A DNA stretch of 64,000 bases from contig NW_026515675.1 in NCBI RefSeq assembly GCF_025526975.1, forward strand, positions 62,001 through 126,000. Direction: 5' to 3'. The stretch comes from Fimicolochytrium jonesii (Eukaryota). The notes under the pieces are model-generated. The model made no database searches. It worked only from the letters and a program-made list of their open reading frames with translations, and was not told where the DNA came from. The position numbers and the translations under genes are program-made. This document shows, piece after piece, positions 54,903 to 64,000 of the stretch (position 1 is its first letter; each line of letters begins with the position of its first letter).

Positions 54903-57239
54903 CTACTCATTCTGGCCGGCTGTATCTGTGAGACTTGCGGACGGTGCAAGGCCCAAGCCCACTGTCTTTGTGAACTCTGCCTCATACACATAGCTCAAAC
55001 GCAGATGTTCGTCGATCGTCTGTTGTTCCGTCTTCCCTGCGGAAGTAGTAACGTCTGCGTCGACCTGCTTGCCGTTCTCGACATCCACAGCATCCGTGTC
55101 CGACGCCAAGATATCTTCCGGTTCTTCGGAAAACACCCCACTTCCCTTCACAACCGCGTGCGCCCCCGTGATCGCGGCCTCCTCCGTCTTATTGTAGGCC
55201 TGAACAGCCTTCGCAACCTCATCTACCGAACAGCCAAACTTTCCTTCGACCCATCCATTCAGCCACGGGTTGTCCAATGGCACAATCTCAGACGCCTCAA
55301 GCCAGCCCTCGCAGTACAGGACGTAGTATTCCGTGTCGGCTAGCTGTTCGGGGGTTGTGTGCTGGGAGCGGAGGGTTGTAAGGTGGTAGGCGTGCTCATC
55401 GAGCTTCTTGGAGAGGCGAGTCAGTGGTGGGTAGAAGCGGGAAGATGTAGGAAGTTCCGATAGTCTAGAAAGTGCAATATGGTATATGGTTCAGACTCGG
55501 CCGAAAGTTATTGAACAATTGAAAAGGAAGATGTCTTACCGCTCCTGCAATTGACCCTTCAATTGCGCAACTCGATCGAGCATCATGTCGCTCGCACTAT
55601 CATACTCATCGACATCTTGCGGACTTTCCATGGCTTTCTGTTGCTGGCCACCTTGCTGCTGCTGTTGCGACTGTTTTGCTCCCCTGGAATCTTGCCTTGT
55701 CCTGGACCGATTCCGTGACGTCGTTCGCGTGGACTGAGCATTTTGGTCAGGAGTTTTGGATAATCCAAAAACGGAGGAAAAGAAAGAACCTATGCCAGCC
55801 GATGAAGAGGGCGAACCGGCCGCGGTAGAAGCGGATGGCAGGATGGCAGCGGCTGGGGGTTGAATCGTGGGAGATGGGAGACTGGCGCCCATCAGGCTCC
55901 AGCCTCGTTTGGGATCTTTCGTTTCGAGTTGAGCTGAAGAGGCTGCGCGCAGTAAAAGACGCCCGCCTTCCTCTGCCTCGACGTTTCCATCGATGGGAGC
56001 GCCGTAGATATACCCAGACCCTTTGTTTGCCGCACCTCCCAGCTTGACCTCGACGACGGACCCGCCACCGCCGATGGAAGACTTTACATCATCATCGAGA
56101 TCAAATGCATCACCGGCGTCAGGAGAGAGGCCGTCACTGAAGTCCCCTGCAGCGGCATGCCGAAATAGGTCTTCGTAGATGGCAGAATCTACCGGCGGGA
56201 CAGGCATCGGGCCGGTGTAGTTGACGTTCATCTCGGGTTGCACGTCGGTTTCGCGTTTGGCCCAGGACAGGGCCGCTTTGAGGCCAGGGTAATCGATGTT
56301 GGTATCGGTGGCAGTTCCCACGGCGACAAAGTAGTGCATCATTTCCGAAGAGGATAATCCAACCAAAAGTAAAGGTGGGTTCTTTCTTACGGTTTGGATG
56401 AGGACCTTTTCCAAGCGCGGAGGGAGACCTTCCCAGATGCACTCTCGGTCTTCGAACATGACAAACCAGCCACCCAACTTTGAAATGGCGACGTAGTCTA
56501 TCCGCGGATCTCCACGGCCCCTCTTATTCAGCAGATCGTTTAAAGTCGTTGGCAGCCTCTCAAACACGTACGTTCCATCCTCTCTTGTCAACAAGAAGCC
56601 GCCGCCGGGCGCAAACACTAGGTTGGTGATATCGGCGTCTGCGTCGCTATGAAGCGCATCCCACAGCTTTCCACGAGGTGGGAACCCAGATGTTGCGATG
56701 GAGCCATCGTCGAAGGACACGAACCATTCGCTGTTATCCGATATACTCAATTGCCGGACACCGGGTAGGGATGGTAGGCGCTTGTTGAGTTTGGCGTGTA
56801 GAGACGGTGGAAGAGATTCCCACCCGCTTGTTCCATCTGACCAGCGGACGTACCAGCCATTGCGCGGGCCGAATGCGACTGTGACGGGACACCGTGGTGC
56901 ATTTGGTAGGGGTGTAACGATGGTACTGATGGAGACATCGTCATTGGAGTCTGGGAAAACCGGCGTGTGTGTGCTCAGAGGCGGGAGGTCGTCGCCAGAA
57001 TCTGCGGGTTTTTGTGCGCTGCCATCGTTCTCTGGGATAGCCTCATCGTACTTTACAGCCGAGTGATTGACAGCATCCGCAACGGAACCGGGGGCCGCCA
57101 CTTGGGCCCCGTATGCCTCCCTTTCGAGAATCCCATCCTCATGCTGCGCCTCCAGCGGCTTCTTCACCGGTACGGGCCTATCGCTCTCGAGGACACGTTG
57201 TTGCCCACCCACTACGTCAGGCTCAACAGTGGCCATCAT
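54903..57239 (-). CDS. Uncharacterised protein with four ~46-aa internal repeats, 2 exons
   Basis: 567-aa ORF, GTAAG donor at ~55539, in-frame exon 2 to stop at 54903; repeats like VAFGP..GWYV.W.DG...W..LP..L. Confidence 0.75.
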
Positions 57240-58289
57240 AATCCTCCTTCCGAAAGGCAGTCAGGTCAAGAGCGTGCGAGTTGATTGTGTGGCGTAATCG
57301 CAACTTCAAGGGAAGCCTACAAATCCTGACAGGTCGGAAAATGTGTGATTCGGAGAGAACGCTGAGACTATATGACGAGGAGTGTGGTCGTTGAATGGCT
57401 GAGTCCGCTCAAACCAGCTGCCTCTTCAGCTTGCAGGACAGATTCGTCCGATGGAGAATCGAACGGACTGATGTGGAAAACCTTCGAGAGGGCACGCCTC
57501 GCGTTGTGATGCAATGTCGATTGGAAGGCGATGCAAGGGTGATAGCTCCTACTTACTGCGACTGGGACGGGATTCCAGTTGCTGTTCAGGAGTCCAACGT
57601 TATGTGGCTATAATCTCCGTCTTTTGCCGGTGGCCTGTTGATAGTGTTGATATGAGGAAGCCGTGCTCAGTTCGTGGTCGGTGTTTGCGGCCGCTGATCG
57701 TTGCCTTGATTGATCCAGCAGATGAACTCAATTGATTTGATTTCCCAACTTCCCACGGCCGCATTATGTTCGTTCACCTCGCGGTATTGCTCGATCAGAG
57801 TGCCACAGATATGACACTGCTATGGCTTGCGAACTCGGAGGGGATCCATTTGATTCCATCTCAGAGACAGCACAACCACGGGCCCCAACAAGTACGGTAC
57901 AGTAGTACTGCTCATTGTTGGGCTTGTGTGAGCAAAGGGACACGCCGACAAGCATCGTCTTTGCTTTTGTTTCAATGCTTTTGCTGCACAAAGGTGCGTT
58001 CGGCACATTTTCGCAATTCTCTCGCATTCCGAGTCGTTCGTCTCTATATCTAGTATCTACCAACGCCTGGAAGTTTGAAGTCTCCCTAACCGCATAGCCT
58101 GTGCCCAGCAGAACGACTTGGAGCCAACAACTGGGAGACTGGGCAGTCATTTGGCAGCCATTCTACGAACAAAACTGCACGAGAAGACAGGTCCTGGAGT
58201 ACTGTACAGTATATGGTCGTAAAACTGCGGTCGTTATTAGTACTTGTTGCGTAACGTAATGGACAACGCGACGCGTGAGAAAACTTGCG

Positions 58290-58310
58290 AAAACGTGTCG
58301 GAAAACGTGC
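58290..58310. promoter_or_regulatory. Two Pho4-like CACGTTTT sites upstream of the acid phosphatase
   Basis: AAAACGTG twice, 12 bp apart, ~60 bp before TATTTATAA. Confidence 0.5.
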
Positions 58311-58421
58311 ATGGTCTTCGTTTCGTCCACAAGCTGAGGGCCAGGACAGCATCCGCCCAAGCGGCTATTTATAAGATGCTCTGTGCTTCACGCCCCTCTC
58401 CCAACAAGTAACGAGCTTCAG

Positions 58422-59918
58422 ATGCATCGCTTTTTCCTTCTCGCAACGGCGGCAGTATCGTCCCTCGTCGCTGCCGCCCCTGCTGCACCCGGTGTCGAGG
58501 TCAGGGACGCCCACTTCAACCCCCTCGAGCACCTTGGTGGGAACAGCCCATTTTTTGCGGGTCCCAATGTATTCGGTATTGATCCAGAACCGCCCGCGAA
58601 TTGCGTAGTCGACCAGGCCGCTTTTACGTCTCGCCACGGCAGCAGATATCCAGACCCTGGAGCTTGGGACCAATGGAATGCTCTTCGTAACAAGGTATGT
58701 TGTTGAACAGTTGCATTAATCTCACATACAACACTAATCATAATCAACTCTCAGATCCAAGCGGCGAATTTCACTGTCACTGCTGGGGGCTTGAATTTCT
58801 TGCACACCTGGAAGCCGGTGGTTCGAACTCCCTCATCCAACAACCAAAAACTGTCCATCACGGGCTGGAAGGAGCTCCATCAAATGGGAACCCAGTATCG
58901 CTTTAGATACGATCCGTCATTCTTCGATGACAATGGAATGGAATTCCATCTGTGGGCGAACCAATATCCCGCATCGCCTCGCGTGATCGACTCCGCTCGT
59001 TTGTTTGCGCAGGGATACCTTGGCCCAAATGCCACAGCCGTCGGTCATGTGCATCCCGTAGCGAGCCGTGATCCCCGCTCGATTGCCAATAGTCTGGCGG
59101 CTTCCGACCTGTGCCTCAAATACGTGGACAATGGAGGCGGCGAAGCTTTCAATACCTTTGCCGCCACGTACTTGCCGCAAATGACAGCGCGGCTCAACTC
59201 CAAGATCCGGGGTGGGTTCAACTTCACCACAGCCGATGTATACATTATGCCGTACCTCTGCGGCTTCGAAACACAGATTACGGGCAAAAGATCCCCTTGG
59301 TGTGGTCTTTTTGCGCCTCATGAGTTCGAAGCTTACGAGTACGCGCAGGACTTGCGCTACTATTTCGGCCACGGACCCGGCAACCGGCTAGCTGGCAAAG
59401 TGATGCTGCCGTTCTTGTCGGCCGTCATCGACCGTTTTGTCGACGGGCCCGACGCGACGTATACAAACTCGGATGGAAGCACCTTCAAGCCAAACAAGCT
59501 GATTGCGACATTCACCAACGACGGGAACGTCAATCAAATCGTGGCCGCCTCCGGGATCTTCGACGACCAAGCCCCTTTACCCGGTGATGCCATCCCTCGC
59601 AACCGGATCTTCCGCGCGACCCGATACACATCCATGCGGGGCACCATCACCTTCGAGCGTCTCAACTGCGGCAAACGAGGCTTGTTCGTCCGAGCGAAGC
59701 TCAACGACGCCGTGTACCCCATCGCCAAGTGCCAGAACGGGCCCGACAGGAGCTGCAAGTTATCGGACTACCAGGCACTTTTGAGAAAGCGGCTGGAGGA
59801 GGCTGGTCCTTTCCAGACTTTCTGCGGTGTAGTGAACTCCACCATCCCTGTAGGGTTAGAGAAAACGACTTTCTTGAAAGACATAACATTGCCTTTCGAG
59901 TTTGATGTTAAGCCTTAG
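58422..59918 (+). CDS. Secreted histidine acid phosphatase / phytase-like, 2 exons
   Basis: Signal peptide; HLGGNSPF; RHGSRYP; RVIDSA; FTNDG at the usual HD site; LNDAVYP. Confidence 0.92.
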
Positions 59919-60300
59919 AGTAGATAGGGCTTTTTTACAGATGTGCCTCTCGACCCCATAAAAAGTCATATAAAAGGGTTCGCCAAATCGACTGCATTGC
60001 TAGCCTGCATAAAACATGCGACCATACATTGAAGGTCACAATACTATAGCAACGAACGAGATCTAGAAGTTTCCTAATTCGGTTATGTAAAATCGATAGA
60101 CTATCGTTTATCAAGTATTGAATGTATTGAGGAAACGGCAGAGTACAACGGGGTCAGAAGGTAGGGCTGTCAGAACGTGGGGTACGAGCCGCATCAGGAT
60201 GAAAAGGGGTAGGATTTGAGAATATCGCAACAGAAAAAAATCTAGCTTAATGGGGTATATGTGAAGATGTGGCCAGTCAATGACCTACTACGCCGCCTGT

Positions 60301-62403
60301 TCAATGTCGCTGAAGATCGCTGATAGTCCCAGCACCCGCATTCGTCACTACGGTGGCATCCACCTTTTCTGTCGCCGTTCGGCTGCCGATGGTTGACACC
60401 ATCACAAACTCCCCGGTGACCTTCTCAGGGGTGATTGTGGTAACGAGATAGCCGTGATCTGCGCCGTTTGCGTACTTGATGCTCTTGTTGGCCAATTTCA
60501 GCGCGCCTGCCCCGATGGCTCCGGCGCCGGGAGAGGTAACGGAGGTCGTGACAAGTTCGACCAGGCCGGAGGCGCCTGCTTTGCCGGGCGCGTTGATGGC
60601 GAAGGCGGTGTGAATGTCGCCGGTAAGGATGACCTTAGTAGCAGCGAGTGGGATGGTTCAGATGACGAACAGATGAGAAGCGAAATGGAAGGCAAACACT
60701 TGGAAGGCAAACACTTACCGTATCCTTAATCCCGTTGGACGCCATAGAAGTAAGCAATCTATCCCTCGCGGCAGGGTAGTCGTCCCAAGAGTCAAGAAGG
60801 ATGGACGCTCCGACGACCTTGAGCGGGGTGAACACAACCTGGTTGCCGAGCACGCGCCATTTCGCGCCACGGTTCTTGGATTGCACGAGTTGTTGGTCGA
60901 GCCATGCTTCCTGGTCGTAGCCGAGGATCTATATTGAAACATTGATGAAGAAAGCATTAGCGGAAGCCTCACATTCAGGAACACGGTCGCATGTCCCTAC
61001 CGTCCGCTTGGGGTCGTTCTTAATCCAAGGCCAAAAGATATCAGTCTCATTGCGTCCATTGATACGAGTGTCGAGCATGATCAAATCCAGAAGCTTCCCG
61101 ACTTGGAATGAGCGGTATATGTGCCCTGTCTGGTCGATCGTGACGGGCCTTATCGGCATGTATTCAAAGTACGCTCGAATCGCGTTGGCTTTCCTGGTCT
61201 CCCACGGCCCTTCGGTTTTGGGGTCATGGTGCTGGGCACCGTCATGCCATGCCTACATGTGCAAAAAGAAGGAGTTCAGCTTACCCCACAGAGCGGCACG
61301 TATGGGCAATCGAAGACTTCTTACGTCATTTGCAAATTCGTGATCGTCCCATACTAGAACAACCCGTTAGTCTCCGCAGAAGAATGTCATCTTAGGAGCA
61401 CGGACCGCAACACATACCGGTGACCCAAGGGACGTTAAGATGAGCGGCCTGAAGGTCAACATCCCTCTTGTATTGAGCGTGGCGCTGGCGATAATCATCC
61501 AAACTGATTTTGAAAAAGGATGGATTTGCATAGAGGGTCAGCACCTGCTCTCGATAACCAGCCGGTTACAAGACAGTCCATACCTAGTAATGTCTTTATC
61601 AGGCTGTGGGATGCGGCCAATCTTACTCCCATCGCCGTAGCCGCCGTTTTTGTACTCGTAGATGTAATCACCGAGATGGAGAACCACATCGACATCCTTC
61701 CTGTTCCCGATGCCGGCATAAGCGTTGAAGAAGCCATGAGGAAGGGAGGAGCAGCTGACGACGGCTAGCTTGTAGCTCGCAACGGATGCATCGGCGGCGG
61801 GCAGAGTGTGGGTCTTTCCGACCGGTGAAGTAACGCTGCCCGAAGATGTGGTGAACCGGTAGTAGTAGGTGGTACCAGGCTGAAGCCCCGTGATGTCGAG
61901 TTTGACTGTGTGGTCGACGCTGGCGTCGGTTAGGAGAACACCGGTGGAGACGATCTGGGAGAAGTCCGCTGTCGAAGCGACCTGGTACTGGACCGGCACA
62001 GGGTTCGTGTCTTTCGTGGTGATCTTGGTCCAGATGCTTGAATTGATGCGAATGGATCAATGAAAAGTTAGGAACATTCTCTGTTGGAATACGTGAACAC
62101 GCACACACAAAGGGAAGGGCCTCAAACCTACATCACTGCATTCGCTGTAGGATCTCCGGAAGCGACAGAATGCTCAAAAGTGACTGGCACCGAGGCGTTC
62201 GCAACCAGGGATGACGTTGGGACGAACTTGGGATGAGTTCGCCCGAGCGCCGGGATGTTGATGATGGGCTGACTGTAGGCAAGATTGCTCACGACCGGGG
62301 CCAGGCTCGGCTTTGTCGCAGACGGCGCAGCGGCCTCCTTCGCCGAAGCATCGCCGAGGGAGAGAACAATCGCCCAGAGGCTTGCTGCGGTGATCAATTG
62401 CAT
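60301..62403 (-). CDS. phoD: Secreted PhoD alkaline phosphatase, multi-exon
   Basis: FEHSVASGDP, AVVSCS, LHLGDYIYEY, WDDHEFAND, MLDTR, WDDYPAARDRL, LTGDIH. Confidence 0.93.
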
Positions 62404-62728
62404 CGCGATGAGTACTACCTAATGCCCGGGATGCCAGACTCGTGGATTGTAGGGGAGGGAACTTTGCACATTCGCTTTTTATACGCGGACAAGCCAAAGG
62501 ACCTGTTCGTTTCCTCTTCCAAATCTCAGTAGACGCTTTCGAACGCATCACCATCTTGATCGAACTGACGACCCTCTGGCGCACAGAACGCAGCCTGAGT
62601 AACGCTGGTGAGAGCCATAGATGAAGGACAAGTGCTCCTCGTGGTGGGACTCGTGCCGGAGACCACTACGGGAGCGGTGCGGGAGCGGGGAACTGGAACA
62701 TGAGGAACTGGTTGATGTCGGGAAAAGA

Positions 62729-62787
62729 CCACGTGCACTGTCGAATGCGCCTGTCAACGTCCTCGCGGTCACACAGCAAGAACGTGG
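62729..62787. promoter_or_regulatory. Pho4-like sites (GCACGTGG at 62729-62736; CACGTT at 62781-62786) upstream of phoD
   Basis: Motif matches on the minus strand, upstream of TATAAAAA at ~62476-62483. Confidence 0.45.
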
Positions 62788-64000
62788 AAAGCGCGTGTTT
62801 TTTCTCCGCGGCCTCCGATGATATTTGAATGCGACCGGAGCAGACATACACTTTGCCCAGCATCTGCAACGACCCCAAGGAGGGATGATTGGAAGGTTTC
62901 TGTGCCAGTGCTCATCAGATCAGGTTGAACGATTTGTGCTGGTCATTTCATAAGTTTCCCAATCAACGTTTAGGCATGGAGTCCATTTTTCTTCCCTAAC
63001 AGATGCTGCATTTGATAGTGCCTCAACACAGGGTCTTGCAGAAAGCCTTTCAATTCTGCATCAGCGCCCAGGGAGTTCGTTGTTGAAACCGTTGTTCTGT
63101 CTGCGGTTGGTTAGGTTTACCGTTGTTGGTACGGGACGTAGCGCAATTTGGAGCGTTGAGCCCACAGCAACACGTAACATCGCTATGCTCCCCGTCCAGA
63201 CAACTCGTTGCCTGTTGGTATGTAGGATGGGATCGCCCATGCAGTTCGAGCGACGCGAGCAATCGGGTTCTTCGAGATGGTTCATGAAGCACCAAGCCCC
63301 GTTTTGAGGCGGCTGTTTGGGATTCGGCGACGTGCAAAGGGAATGCACTTGAGAACTGGTGCGTTGCAGAACGTCATTTTTGACGAAGTCCCGCTCCGAT
63401 CTGTTCCGGCCACACAGAAAGAAATAATTTGACAGGGACTTTGCCGTATCCGAGTCCGTGGTTATAGTGGGTTGGGATTCCGGCGGCACCACGGGTCTGG
63501 TTCCGGGTGTGTCGCCCACCCAGCTTGTGTCAAATGTTTGTCATTTGTGCGCGATGCGGTGTTCCATTGACATGGACGTCCACCAGTGGAAATTGTCCCT
63601 CCACACGATTCATACATATAACAATCCTTGGGCGCCCGCATGTGTTGCTGCCACAAGAGACACGCAGAGACACGCCACCGCTGGAGAACAGGGAAATGTC
63701 ACTCTCATCAGGCTGCTTGAGCTGGTCCCTGTTTTCGGTTTGTGTGCTGTATGTCAACCGTTTAGCAAGAACGGAACGATCCCCATTCCGTGTGTTTCGA
63801 TTGCGCCGAGTCCTGTAAAGTGTCCGTGTAGGAGGACGTCTTTCCTATTCCATTCAGGCCTCCAACGTTTGGCAAGTGTGAGGTGTGAGGAAATCCTCAA
63901 GATTCTACGATACGCGTCGTCGCCTGCTCGCCTGAACGCCCTACTATATTATATACTGTACAAGGCATTCGTATCAACATTTGCGGTCTTGAACGTTGGG

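Noticed and set aside
60498..60500. Apparent premature stop in phoD
   Set aside because: The spliced frame reads through (SPGAGAIGAGALKLANK); the stop is in another frame
62900..64000. Short ORFs at the window end
   Set aside because: No motifs; looks noncoding

Overview
Eukaryotic, intron-rich fungal DNA (short GT-AG introns, CTAAC-type branch points). The gene content (lysyl oxidase, two-domain transmembrane class III cyclase, velvet, Bli-3, PhoD) suggests an early-diverging, probably chytrid, fungus; this is an inference. 1-7.2 kb is a nest of degraded LTR retrotransposons: Copia gag-pol, a Gypsy pol fragment, a 954-bp tandem LTR array and solo LTRs. Inside it sits a miniature LTR element (TRIM) whose LTR carries a tRNA-Glu(CTC)-derived Pol III promoter. 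Its left end is the 3' half of an initiator tRNA-Met, including CCA, fused to an inverted LTR, which looks like a fossil reverse-transcription intermediate. The rest is gene-dense: a GPI-type secreted protein, a transmembrane cyclase with swapped catalytic halves, a frameshifted TET/JBP-like dioxygenase beside a DIRS-like fragment, a Tbf1/TRF-like telobox protein, an IGHMBP2/Hcs1 helicase, a lysyl oxidase facing a secreted Lys/Tyr-rich repeat protein, an ABCC transporter, Bli-3, a velvet protein, RPL21, SEC7, an unknown repeat protein, and an acid phosphatase/PhoD pair with Pho4-like sites. Multi-exon boundaries were read by eye; no searches were run.
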